Origin: Gemmatimonadaceae bacterium
GTDB taxonomy: Bacteria > Gemmatimonadota > Gemmatimonadetes > Gemmatimonadales > Gemmatimonadaceae
Reading direction: 5' to 3'
Length of the DNA stretch: 64,000 nt
Assembly (NCBI GenBank): GCA_044224875.1
Contig: JBGAJQ010000006.1
Coordinates: 64,001 to 128,000, forward strand
Made by a program: the position numbers and the translations under genes. How positions within the stretch are numbered: position 1 is the first letter of the stretch; each line of letters begins with the position of its first letter. Positions 47,771 through 57,287 of the stretch are shown in pieces. Under the pieces are notes generated by a model that made no database searches, was not told where the DNA came from, and was given only the letters and a program-made list of their open reading frames with translations.

Positions 47771-48949
47771 GTGCGGATCGGTGTGGACGCCACCAGTTGG
47801 GCGAACGGTCGGGGCTATGGGAGATTTGCGCGCGAGATCATCCGCGCGATGGCCGAGCTGAGCCCCGAACACGAGTACGTCTGTTTCGGTGACGATCGGG
47901 CGATCGATGCCTTTCCCAACCCGCCTCGCAACGTCTCCCCGGTTCGTGTGGCGCTGGCCGAATCTCCGACCACGGCGGCATCCGCCGACGGCAATCGCTC
48001 ACCCGTCGACATGTTGCGGCTGACGAGGGCGGTCTCGCGCCAGCAGCTCGACGTGTTTTTTTCGCCAACCGTGTACACCTACTTCCCGCTGCCCCCCAGG
48101 CTCCGGGCTGTGGTGACGGTCCACGACACGATTGCCGAACGCTTTCCGGAGCTTACGCTGCCGAGCGTCCGCGCTCGATTGTTCTGGAAACTCAAGGTTG
48201 GCTTGGCGATCCGACAGGCCAACGTCATCCTCACCGTGTCGCACTACTCGGCGCGTTCGATCGCGGACGTGTTTCACGTGTCGAGGGACCGCATCCACGT
48301 CGCGGTCGAGGCGCCCGCCAGCGCGTACTTTCCGAGTTCGACCGACGAGGCGATGGCCGCCGCCGAACGCGCAGGGTTGCCGCGCATGCCGGCGCCGCGA
48401 TGGTTCGTCTACGTCGGCGGCTTCAACCCGCATAAGCGATTGGATGTCATCGTTCGGGCGCATGCGCGAACCGCCAAGGCCAGCGCCAACCCACCGTACC
48501 TGCTTCTCGTGGGCACGCTGCAAGGCGACGTGTTTCACGGCGAGGCTGGCCGCATTCGCGCGCTGATCGACGAACTGGGGACGGCGCCCTTCGTGCGGTG
48601 GACCGGCTTCCTTCCTGACGACGAGCTCCGCCAGCTGCATAGCGGCGCCACCGCCGCCGTACTCGTTTCCGAGTGTGAAGGCTTCGGCCTGCCAGCCGTT
48701 GAAGCTGCGGCATGCGGCGCACCCGTCATTGCCACCACGGAGAGTCCGCTGCCTGAGCTGCTCGCCGGCGGGGGCATCTTCGTGCGACCAGGGGATGAGG
48801 ACGCCGTGGCGCGGGCGATGGACCAGCTCCTCTCCGACGATGCGTTCAGGCGCCAACTCGGAACCCGGGCGCGGGAACGGGCCAGTGCATTGACCTGGCG
48901 GGCGGGGGCGCAGGCCGCGCTCGGTGCCCTCCTCGAGGCTGCCGCATGA
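47771..48949 (+). CDS. GT4 glycosyltransferase
   Basis: GTG start VRIGVDA; RGYGR, TVHD, HKRL, EGFGLPAVEAAACGAPV. Confidence 0.9.
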   Translation: MRIGVDATSWANGRGYGRFAREIIRAMAELSPEHEYVCFGDDRAIDAFPNPPRNVSPVRVALAESPTTAASADGNRSPVDMLRLTRAVSRQQLDVFFSPTVYTYFPLPPRLRAVVTVHDTIAERFPELTLPSVRARLFWKLKVGLAIRQANVILTVSHYSARSIADVFHVSRDRIHVAVEAPASAYFPSSTDEAMAAAERAGLPRMPAPRWFVYVGGFNPHKRLDVIVRAHARTAKASANPPYLLLVGTLQGDVFHGEAGRIRALIDELGTAPFVRWTGFLPDDELRQLHSGATAAVLVSECEGFGLPAVEAAACGAPVIATTESPLPELLAGGGIFVRPGDEDAVARAMDQLLSDDAFRRQLGTRARERASALTWRAGAQAALGALLEAAA

Positions 48950-50223
48950 GCGGACTGCGCTTCTGCATGCTGACGACGTTCTACCCTCCGCATTCCTTTG
49001 GCGGCGATGCCATTGGCATTCAGCGGCTCTCCAGGGGACTCGTCAGGCGCGGTCACCGCGTGACCGTCGTCCACGATACCGACGCCTACAACATTCTTCG
49101 GCGCGGTAACGAACCGCAGGTCCCTGATATCGACGATGACGAGGGGGTCGAAGTCGTGCGCCTGCGCTCGTCGTCGCCCGTGTTTTCCACCCTCCTGACG
49201 CAGCAACTGGGGCGACCGGTCGTCAACGGCAAGCGCATCCACGCCTTGATCCAGCACGGCGGATTCGATGTCGTCAACTTCCACAATGTCTCGCTGATCG
49301 GCGGGCCGGGCCTGTTCCGGTACGCAGGGGACGCAGTTTCTCTGTATATGGCCCACGAGCATTGGCTGGTCTGTCCGATGCATGTGCTGTGGCGCCATAA
49401 GAAGGAGCGCTGCACGGGACGCGAGTGTATTCGTTGCGCGATCAGCTACCGCCGGCCTCCGCAGTTGTGGCGCCAAACGGGATTCCTCGAACGAGAATTG
49501 GCCCACGTGGATGCGATCATCGCCATGAGCGAGTTCAGTCGAGCGAAACACCGGGAGTTCGGCCTGCCGCGCGACATGGAGGTCCTACCGTACTTCCTGC
49601 CCGATCCCGAATCGGAAGCTGTTCCTGAAGCAACGGGGCCTGCGCCGCACAACCGTCCGTACTTCTTCTTTGCCGGTCGACTGGAGAAGATCAAGGGATT
49701 GGACGACGTCATCCCGCTCTTTCGTGAGTACCCTGACGCCGACTTGGTCATTGCCGGTGACGGCGAATACGCCGCGGAATTGCGGGCATTGGCCAGCGGA
49801 ATGCCTAACGTAGTATTTCTCGGCCGCATTTCTCCTGAGGAACTTCGAGGTTACTATCAGCATGCGGTGGCATCCCTGGTGCCCTCTGTTTGCTTCGAGA
49901 CCTTTGGCATCGTCCTTATAGAGGCGTTCCGCCAAGGCACGCCCGTACTGGCCAGACGGCTCGGTCCCTTCCCGGAGATCATCGAGCAGTCGGGAGGCGG
50001 CGAACTCTTCTGGACCGCGGATGAGCTGCGCGCCGCCATGCAGCGGCTGCAGCGCGATCCGGGATATCGCCGTCAGCTGTCACGCGCTGGGTATCAGGCG
50101 TACGTCGATCGTTGGACCGAACGCGCGGTCGTTCCGCGCTATCTTGACATAGTTAGGCGCGCCGCGGAGCGTCGCGGACATATGCGCGTGCTCGAGGCGC
50201 TGGCCACACAGGAGGTTGCGTGA
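48946..50223 (+). CDS. GT4 glycosyltransferase
   Basis: FYPPHSFGG, HEHWLVCP, GRLEKIKG, ETFGIVLIEAF. Confidence 0.9.
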   Translation: MSGLRFCMLTTFYPPHSFGGDAIGIQRLSRGLVRRGHRVTVVHDTDAYNILRRGNEPQVPDIDDDEGVEVVRLRSSSPVFSTLLTQQLGRPVVNGKRIHALIQHGGFDVVNFHNVSLIGGPGLFRYAGDAVSLYMAHEHWLVCPMHVLWRHKKERCTGRECIRCAISYRRPPQLWRQTGFLERELAHVDAIIAMSEFSRAKHREFGLPRDMEVLPYFLPDPESEAVPEATGPAPHNRPYFFFAGRLEKIKGLDDVIPLFREYPDADLVIAGDGEYAAELRALASGMPNVVFLGRISPEELRGYYQHAVASLVPSVCFETFGIVLIEAFRQGTPVLARRLGPFPEIIEQSGGGELFWTADELRAAMQRLQRDPGYRRQLSRAGYQAYVDRWTERAVVPRYLDIVRRAAERRGHMRVLEALATQEVA

Positions 50224-51227
50224 ACGTCTTCATCACCGGTGGATGTGGGTTCATCGGCTCTCACCTCGCCGAACGGCTGCTGGCGCGCGGTGATCGCGTG
50301 TTGGTGCTGGATGACCTTTCAACGGGTCGCATGGAGAACATCTCACACCTCATCGGCCACCCAGGGTTCGATTATCGCATTGGGTCTGCCCTCGACCTGC
50401 CGCTCGTGACGGAGTTGGTGGATCGTTGTGACTTGACCGTCCATCTCGCCGCCGCCGTTGGCGTGCGGCTCATTGTCGAGCGTCCCGTCCATACGATCGA
50501 GACGAACGTCCGCGCAACGGAGACAGTGCTGGCAGCAGCCGCGAAAAAGCAGAAGCTGGTGGTGGTGGCGTCGACGTCCGAGGTCTACGGAAAGTCCACG
50601 CTCATCCCGTTTCGAGAGGACCACGACCTGCAACTGGGCCCGACATCACACTCGCGTTGGGCGTATGCGTGCTCCAAGGCGTTGGATGAGTGGCTGGCCC
50701 TGGCCTACTCGCACGAGAAGCACGTGCCGGTGATTGTCGTTCGCTTCTTCAATACCGTAGGCCCGCGACAAACGGGCCGTTACGGCATGGTGCTCCCCAA
50801 CTTCGCTCGGCAGGCCCTGATGAACGAACCCATCACGGTCTATGGTACCGGTGACCAATCGCGCTGCTTCGGGCACGTACAGGATGCCGTCGAAGGCCTT
50901 CTGCGCTTGATTGCGACACCACAGGCACTCAATGAAGTGTTCAACATCGGCTCCACGGAAGAGGTGTCCATCCTTCGCTTGGCGGAGCTGGTGAAAGAGG
51001 CGGCGGGGAGCTCGTCGCCGATTCAGCTCGTTCCCTACAGCGAGGCTTACGCCGCGGGATTTGAGGACATGATGCGGCGCGTCCCGGACGTCACAAAGCT
51101 CGAACGGGTCACCGGATTCAGACCTCGCACGCCGCTGTCGCAGATCATTGCCGACGTTGTCGCGGACCAGCGCGCGCGCATCAACGGTGAAGCGGGTGAG
51201 TGGCGTCTTCCGGCTGGCGCACGTTAG
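50220..51227 (+). CDS. NAD-dependent NDP-sugar epimerase/dehydratase
   Basis: TGGCGFIGSH, HLAAAVGV, STSEVYG, YACSK, RFFNTVGPRQ. Confidence 0.9.
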   Translation: MNVFITGGCGFIGSHLAERLLARGDRVLVLDDLSTGRMENISHLIGHPGFDYRIGSALDLPLVTELVDRCDLTVHLAAAVGVRLIVERPVHTIETNVRATETVLAAAAKKQKLVVVASTSEVYGKSTLIPFREDHDLQLGPTSHSRWAYACSKALDEWLALAYSHEKHVPVIVVRFFNTVGPRQTGRYGMVLPNFARQALMNEPITVYGTGDQSRCFGHVQDAVEGLLRLIATPQALNEVFNIGSTEEVSILRLAELVKEAAGSSSPIQLVPYSEAYAAGFEDMMRRVPDVTKLERVTGFRPRTPLSQIIADVVADQRARINGEAGEWRLPAGAR

Positions 51228-51235
51228 GCAGGAAC

Positions 51236-51994
51236 ATGCGCGGCATCCTCACGTGGCACTCCCTGGACACATCGGGCTCCCCGATCTCTGTGGCGCCTCA
51301 AGTCTTTCGCCAGCAGGTGCGGTTCTTGGCTTCGGGACGTGTTCGCGTGGTTTCCCTGACCGACCTGGCGCGCCATCCGGATGACGGGAGCGACGTCGTG
51401 GCCCTAACGTTTGATGACGGATTCGCGAACGTGGGGGACTTGGCGGTGCCCCTGCTCAGGGAGCATGCGTTGACCGCGACGATCTTCGCCGTTACCGAAC
51501 ACGTCGGCGGGTCAAACGACTGGGGAGGTCGGCCGTCGCCAGGGATACCCACCTTGCCACTCATGAATTGGAAGGGACTGGGCGTTGCGCTGGATGCGGG
51601 ACTCGAAATCGGCGCGCACACGCGACGACACCGAGACCTCGCAGCCGTGTCGGGGGCCGCCCTCGAAGATGAAGTCGCCGGGTGCGTCGAGGTGATTGCC
51701 GCCGAGACAGGGACGCGCCCGGTGTCGTTCGCTTACCCGTATGGCAGCACCGGACCAGGCGCCGTCGTTGCCGTGCGCGACATCTATCAGCAGGCGGTCA
51801 CGACCGAACTCCGGCTGCTTGGCGACTCGGACGACCTGGCATTGCTTCCTCGAATTGACATGTACTATTTCCGATCTTCTGGACAGCTCGAGGCGTGGGG
51901 TCGGCCGTCGTTCAAGCGCCGGTTGTGGCTGCGGGCACAAGGGCGACGTGTCCGATCGATGGTCGCGGGTTCTGGGAGTTGGAGCGCCGCATGA
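51236..51994 (+). CDS. Polysaccharide deacetylase (CE4/NodB)
   Basis: LTFDDGF, HTRRH, FAYPYG, LPRID. Confidence 0.88.
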   Translation: MRGILTWHSLDTSGSPISVAPQVFRQQVRFLASGRVRVVSLTDLARHPDDGSDVVALTFDDGFANVGDLAVPLLREHALTATIFAVTEHVGGSNDWGGRPSPGIPTLPLMNWKGLGVALDAGLEIGAHTRRHRDLAAVSGAALEDEVAGCVEVIAAETGTRPVSFAYPYGSTGPGAVVAVRDIYQQAVTTELRLLGDSDDLALLPRIDMYYFRSSGQLEAWGRPSFKRRLWLRAQGRRVRSMVAGSGSWSAA

Positions 51995-53106
51995 GCCGCC
52001 CCTTGTTTCTCTCCGTCGTTATGCCGGCAAGGAATGGGCACGACGTGTTGCCGTTGGCGCTGGAAGCGCTCACGCAGTGCGATTTTCCGCGCGATCGCTG
52101 GGAGCTGATCGTCGTCGACGATGCCAGCACGGACGACACGGCCACGATAGCGGCGCGCTTCGCCGACGCGGTCATCAAGATCCCCGGCCGTGCGCACGGT
52201 CCGGCCTATGCCAGGAACCGAGGGGCGGAGGTTGCGCGTGGCGATGTGCTCGTCTTCTTCGACGCCGACGTGGTGGTGCATTCGGACACCTTGCGCCGCT
52301 TTGCGGAGCTCCTCGAAGCGCGCCCCGATATTGGTGGCGCCTTCGGTTCCTACGATGACAGGCCGCCTGCGAAGGGGATGATGTCGCAGTATCGCAATCT
52401 GCTGCATCACTACACACACCAGCAGAATGGTGGGGACGTCGCATCGTTCTGGGCCGGGGCAGGGGCCATTCGGAGAAACGTCTTCCTCGACGCCGGGATG
52501 TACGACGAGTGGCATTTCGCGCGGCCGCAGATCGAGGACATCGAACTCGGCCAGCGGATCTGCCGTATGGGTCAGCGTCTTGTCCTCCAACCGGACATAC
52601 AGGTCACGCACCTCAAGCATTGGACGTTCGGGTCGGTCGTCAGGACAGACCTCCGTGACCGGGGAATTCCGTGGGCGCGGCTGCTCGCCCACAGCGGCGG
52701 CATGCTCAAGGTCGGGACACTCAACCTCAAGTGGACCGAGAAGCTCAATGTGATTTTGGTGTGGGCAGCGGTGCTCTTTTTGGGGCTGTGGTTGCCGCTG
52801 CGCGACAATCGCCTGGTTTTCGCCGCGCTGGGCTTCCTTGCCGTGGTCGTGCTGACCAACTGGAGGATGCTGGCCTTCTTTGCGCGGGTGCGCGGAGTGT
52901 TCTTTGCCCTGCGCGTGATTCCCGCCCACCTGTTGTACTATCTGCTGAACGGGATATCCTTCGGTACGGGCTTGCTGCTGCAACAGGCAGTAGGTGCGCC
53001 ACTTCCGGACCCCACGATTGAAGCGTGGCACGAAGTGGGAGTGCAACGGTGGCCGCCCATCCCCTCCAAACACAGGAGGAGCACATGGACGGCCGGCAAC
53101 GAGTAG
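51991..53106 (+). CDS. GT2 glycosyltransferase with C-terminal TM helices
   Basis: SVVMPARN, VDDASTD, GPAYARNRG, FDAD, EDIELG; ATGA overlap. Confidence 0.9.
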   Translation: MSRPLFLSVVMPARNGHDVLPLALEALTQCDFPRDRWELIVVDDASTDDTATIAARFADAVIKIPGRAHGPAYARNRGAEVARGDVLVFFDADVVVHSDTLRRFAELLEARPDIGGAFGSYDDRPPAKGMMSQYRNLLHHYTHQQNGGDVASFWAGAGAIRRNVFLDAGMYDEWHFARPQIEDIELGQRICRMGQRLVLQPDIQVTHLKHWTFGSVVRTDLRDRGIPWARLLAHSGGMLKVGTLNLKWTEKLNVILVWAAVLFLGLWLPLRDNRLVFAALGFLAVVVLTNWRMLAFFARVRGVFFALRVIPAHLLYYLLNGISFGTGLLLQQAVGAPLPDPTIEAWHEVGVQRWPPIPSKHRRSTWTAGNE

Positions 53107-53138
53107 TTGCGCGGCGATCGCGCGGAGGAGTGCTTCGC

Positions 53139-53552
53139 ATGGTCACGCCTCGATCACGTCTTTCTGCGGTGGACGGTTCCGCCGGCCAACGCCAGAATAC
53201 GGAAGAGCTGATGATTCCGGCCCTGCAGTTGGCGTTCGCGCCGCTGCACAAGCGGGCGTTTGGCCTCGCGACTGGCGCAGCTGGTGCCACCTTCATGTTG
53301 TTGCTCACGGTCGTGGCGAAGCTAAGCCCCTTGGCCAAGGGTTTTCCGCTGTACCTTCTGGGCGAGTATTTTTACGGCTACTCGGTCTCGTGGCCCGGTG
53401 CGGTCGTTGGCACGCTTTGGGGCTTCGCGGTGGGATTTGTCGCGGGGTGGTTCGCAGCGTTCTGCCGGAACCTGGCCTTGGCCATCTCCGCGTTTTTCAT
53501 TCGCACCCGCGCCGAGCTGAATGCAACGCGCGAATTTCTCGACCACATTTAG
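53139..53552 (+). CDS. Small membrane protein (paralog of the next gene)
   Basis: GGAGGA RBS; KRAFGLATG, YFYGYSVSWPGA..G; hydrophobic. Confidence 0.65.
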   Translation: MVTPRSRLSAVDGSAGQRQNTEELMIPALQLAFAPLHKRAFGLATGAAGATFMLLLTVVAKLSPLAKGFPLYLLGEYFYGYSVSWPGAVVGTLWGFAVGFVAGWFAAFCRNLALAISAFFIRTRAELNATREFLDHI

Positions 53553-53570
53553 CGTGCCCTTGGCCGACCT

Positions 53571-53864
53571 ATGACAGAGACCCGTGAAACGGCGGTTCAG
53601 GCGACACTCCTGCAGCTGAACGCTCGCGCGTGGGGGATCTCATTCGGGTTGCTGTTGGGCGGCGGGTTGTTCCTGGCGACGGTGGTGCTGGTGCTCAAGG
53701 GCGGCCCAATGGTCGGGCAACACCTCAGTCTCATCTCCGCCTTTTTCCCCGGCTATCGCGTCAGTTGGCTCGGCGCTTTCATCGGGTTCATCTACGCGTT
53801 CGTTTTGGGCTATGCGTTAGGCCGCATCATTGGCGAGGTGTACAACCGGCTCACGGTGCGATAG
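53571..53864 (+). CDS. Small membrane protein
   Basis: ARAWGISFG, FFPGYRVSWLGAFIG; 97 aa. Confidence 0.7.
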   Translation: MTETRETAVQATLLQLNARAWGISFGLLLGGGLFLATVVLVLKGGPMVGQHLSLISAFFPGYRVSWLGAFIGFIYAFVLGYALGRIIGEVYNRLTVR

Positions 53865-53895
53865 CACGATCGGTTGGCATCCGGTCAATAAAACG

Positions 53896-53925
53896 AGAAA
53901 GAGGCGCCTGGCGGCGCCTCTTTCT
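53896..53925. terminator. Bidirectional intrinsic terminator
   Basis: AGAAAGAGGCGCC-tggc-GGCGCCTCTTTCT, a perfect 13-bp stem between convergent genes. Confidence 0.8.
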
Positions 53926-53945
53926 GATTCTGCCCACTCCCTCGT

Positions 53946-54770
53946 TTACCACCCACGAAACTTCATCAATACCGAGGGCACGGTCTGCAACATGATCTTG
54001 ACGTCAGTCCAGAAGCTCTGGGTGCGCAGGTACTGCAGATCCCAATTGACCTTCCCACGCACGTCTTCCAGGCACGCGTCGTACTTCTGGTTGATCTGAG
54101 CCAGCCCAGTCAGCCCCGGCTTCACGCGATGGCGGAACTGGTACTCGGCAATGTCGTCGCGCAGACGAGCCACGATGCTAGGTCGCTCTGGACGCGGACC
54201 AACAACGTTCATGTCGCCCCGAATGACATTCCAGAACTGCGGGACTTCGTCGATTCGGAATTTTCGAAGGTATTTGCCGAGGGTAGTGACGCGCGGATCA
54301 TTCTCTTGCGCCCACACCGCACCGGACTTTCGCTCGGCGTCCACACGCATCGTGCGAAACTTGTAGATCGTGAACACCTGGCCGCCGAGGTCTTCCTGGC
54401 GTCGCTCGCGCAAGGCGAGCGTCTCTCGCCAACGCCGATCCATCCCGACGCGCGTTTGCGCGTAAAAGATGGGACCGCGCGAGGACATCTTGATCAGCAC
54501 ACCGACGACGAAACAAATCGGCGCCGAGACCACCAGTGCGGTGACCGCGGCACTGACGTTCAAGGCACGGCTCAGCGTTTCATTGCGCTCGCGAGGAAAG
54601 ACCTGTTCAACCGAGGGAACCCGGTCCGCGGTTTTCGCGAGATCCACCGATCGAGGGCGCTCGATGATTCGAGCACCCTCGCCTGTGTCTGACCGACGAG
54701 TCGATCGTCCGGCAGGCGCGGAAATTCGAGGACTTTGACCATCGACGTACTGCGGCAACGATGTCTCCAT
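53946..54770 (-). CDS. Priming sugar transferase (undecaprenyl-phosphate phosphoglycosyltransferase, WcaJ/PglC C-terminal type)
   Basis: GPIFYAQTRVG, KFRTM, DPRVT..G..LRK..IDEVPQ, GDMNVVGPRPERP, VKPGLTGLAQ. Confidence 0.9.
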   Translation of the reverse strand: METSLPQYVDGQSPRISAPAGRSTRRSDTGEGARIIERPRSVDLAKTADRVPSVEQVFPRERNETLSRALNVSAAVTALVVSAPICFVVGVLIKMSSRGPIFYAQTRVGMDRRWRETLALRERRQEDLGGQVFTIYKFRTMRVDAERKSGAVWAQENDPRVTTLGKYLRKFRIDEVPQFWNVIRGDMNVVGPRPERPSIVARLRDDIAEYQFRHRVKPGLTGLAQINQKYDACLEDVRGKVNWDLQYLRTQSFWTDVKIMLQTVPSVLMKFRGW

Positions 54771-54801
54771 ACGTTGTCGGGGTGGGGCGGTTGACGCGAG
54801 A

Positions 54802-55629
54802 CTAAGGCGTTTGGACGGTGCCGGAGGTTCCCGGACGCCGACCCCACCGCAGGATGAAATAGAATCCGATGATTGCCGACACGAACTGCAGGGTCTGCAA
54901 CACGGACGTGCCCTTCTTTTGATCCGGAATGAAGATCTCGTCGCCATCGCGCAGCGACATGTCGCCCACGGTGCGATTGGCTCGCACCGCTTCCTGAAAC
55001 TCCTTGGCGTCGATCACGGTCTTTCCCGACCGACGCACCGTTGTCTTGTTGAAGTCTGATGTGCCGCCAGGTCCACCGGTCGCCATGATGACGTCCGTGA
55101 TCGCCTGATCGACGGGTACCGTCATGAAGCCACCGCGACCCACGGAGCCAAGGAGTGCCAGGCGAAGGAGCGGGGTGGCATTGAGGTCCGGCTTCTTCAC
55201 GTACTTGCCGACTTCCTTGGTGAGGTGGTCCTTCAGCTCGGAATCGAGGACACCGGCTAGCGAGATGTCTGGCAGGTTCGGCAGCTGCAACATGCGATCG
55301 CCGCGCACGGTGAACGTGTCGGAAAACAGTGAGTCGCCAAGCAGCTGGACCAAAATGCGATCGCCGGGCACGAAGTCACCGTTCTTCAGGCGCATACGGA
55401 TGGCGCTCGCGTCGCCAATCATCTTGTCGCGCGTCTTCGTGTCGGGAGCAACTTGGGCCGCGTTTTCCGCCGCCTTCGCAATCTGCTCGAGCTCGGCACG
55501 CGTTGCTTGGCGTCGCTGCTCCCCTAGGGAAGCCTGCGCATGCGTTGGCGAGGTCAGCGTTAAGCACAACAGTGCCGCGACGGCGACCTGGTCAAACGTG
55601 CGTCGAATTAGATGTCTCTGATGGCTCAT
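54802..55629 (-). CDS. Polysaccharide export protein with SLBB domain (Wza/OPX-like)
   Basis: Signal peptide; GDFVPGDRI, LPNLPDISLAG, LGSVGRGG, LRDGDEIFIP. Confidence 0.8.
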   Translation of the reverse strand: MSHQRHLIRRTFDQVAVAALLCLTLTSPTHAQASLGEQRRQATRAELEQIAKAAENAAQVAPDTKTRDKMIGDASAIRMRLKNGDFVPGDRILVQLLGDSLFSDTFTVRGDRMLQLPNLPDISLAGVLDSELKDHLTKEVGKYVKKPDLNATPLLRLALLGSVGRGGFMTVPVDQAITDVIMATGGPGGTSDFNKTTVRRSGKTVIDAKEFQEAVRANRTVGDMSLRDGDEIFIPDQKKGTSVLQTLQFVSAIIGFYFILRWGRRPGTSGTVQTP

Positions 55630-56157
55630 GATGGCGAGTCAGCAATGCACTGATCGTGCTAAGGACGCGTTTCTGCTTTGCTTCGTCAAATCTAGTCACC
55701 CGAACGACTTCGGTCGCGTGACTTTCAACACAGAATCCACGATCGAAACGAACATGTGGGACACGGGCAACAGAACGACACCCTCTTCGAGTTTTGCACC
55801 ACGGTACCATGCAACACCCGATCCGCCCGCATCGTAAAAAGTCTGCCTCGACTGCCGCATTCGGACGTGCGATCGTCCGAACGCGATGTGCGCTAAAGTT
55901 TTATCGACCTGTATATCAATTTCGCGTTTGGCAGTCGGGGCGCGCGATCGACCTCATGGGTGCGCACGCACGCTTTTGGCGACGCCGTTGCGCCGATTTT
56001 CAATGCAGCCGTGGCCGATGCGAGGCGCAAGGTGTGGCGCACGTGCCTCACGCCACACATCAGGGATAACGTGAATTTCAGATAACTCGTTGTTGCAGAT
56101 GATCTTAGCGGTACTTGCACGCCCCGCACGACTTCTGCAAGATCTGCTCGTGGAAAT

Positions 56158-57160
56158 ATGCGCCTCATTACGCCGCCCACGGCAACACCAGCAAGCGCAG
56201 CCCAACGGGCACCGATGGTAGACATCGAACGCGACTCACCTCCGCCACTTGTCCTGCTTGCGAACGATCAGGAGTGGTCGGCGCGGTCGCTCGAGAGCAT
56301 CCTCGGGCCCCACGGCTTTGCGTCTGTACGGGCCTACACTGGCCGACAGGCGTTGGATCTGGCGCGCCGCACGCGCCCAGACGTCATCATCGTGGACGCC
56401 GGCCTGCCGGACATCGCCGGCGTGGAGCTTTGCCAGCGCTTCCGGGACGATCCCGAGTTTCCCGCGAGCACGCCGATCGTGGTGACGACGGCTGGACCCG
56501 CGTCGCGGGCGCAACGTCTCGAGGCTTACCGCGCCGGTGCGTGGGAGTTCTTCAGCCAGCCCCTCGATTCTGAGGCGTTGCTGCTGCGTCTGGCCGTGTA
56601 CGTGAAGGCCAAGCGCGAGATCGATCGCTCGCGCGAGGAGAGCCTGCTGGACACCGCCACAGGGCTGTACAACGTGCGCGGACTTGCTCGGCGAGCCAGG
56701 GAGATCGGAGCGGACGCGACGCGGCGTCATTCACCGTTGGCGTGTGTGGCCATCATGACGATCCCCGAGGCCAACGATGCGTCGTTAGGTGAGGACGTCG
56801 ATCCCGTGGTCACGGAGCACTTGAGCGAGATCTGTCGTCGGACGGCGCGATCGTCGGATGTGGTCGGACGCCTTGGGCGCTCAGAGTTCGCCATCATCGC
56901 GCCAGCCACCGACGACAAGGGAGCCGTTCGGCTTGTCGAGCGGCTTCGGGAAATGGTGGAGACGATCCCATTGTCCGTGGACGGGGCGCCCCGCCAGCTG
57001 CGGGTTCGAGCCGGGTACCAGCGGTCGCTGATCAGCAGGCCGGTTGACGCAGGCGGTCCTGTTTTGCGCAGTTCACGGCGCTCCGGCATGGCCGCAGCGG
57101 GGACAAGCGCGCACGGTCACGGCGTTCGAGGAAAAGTCCCCCTGCGCTCGTGCAGAAGTG
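56158..57160 (+). CDS. Atypical response regulator with a degenerate GGDEF domain; 3' end disrupted by apparent indels
   Basis: REC fold (PDVIIVDAGLP); DTATGLYN, RSSD..GRLGRSEF. Protein-like segments continue in shifting frames after about 57020; a terminator at 57182 places the true end near 57160 rather than 57291. Confidence 0.7.
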
Positions 57161-57181
57161 CCGCTTCGCCAGCGATTCCGG

Positions 57182-57214
57182 AACGCCCGGCCCAATCGCC
57201 GGGCGTTTTCTTAT
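57182..57214 (+). terminator. Intrinsic terminator
   Basis: AACGCCCGGC-ccaatc-GCCGGGCGTT followed by TTCTTAT. Confidence 0.7.
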
Positions 57215-57225
57215 TCGTACGTTGC

Positions 57226-57268
57226 GATAAAACAACGCGGCGCGCCGGAAACCGTCCGGCGCGCCGCG
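57226..57268 (-). terminator. Intrinsic terminator downstream of wzc
   Basis: 14-bp stem CGCGGCGCGCCGGA/TCCGGCGCGCCGCG followed on the minus strand by TTGTTTTAT. Confidence 0.7.
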
Positions 57269-57287
57269 CATGCCTTGCGAGTGAAGC

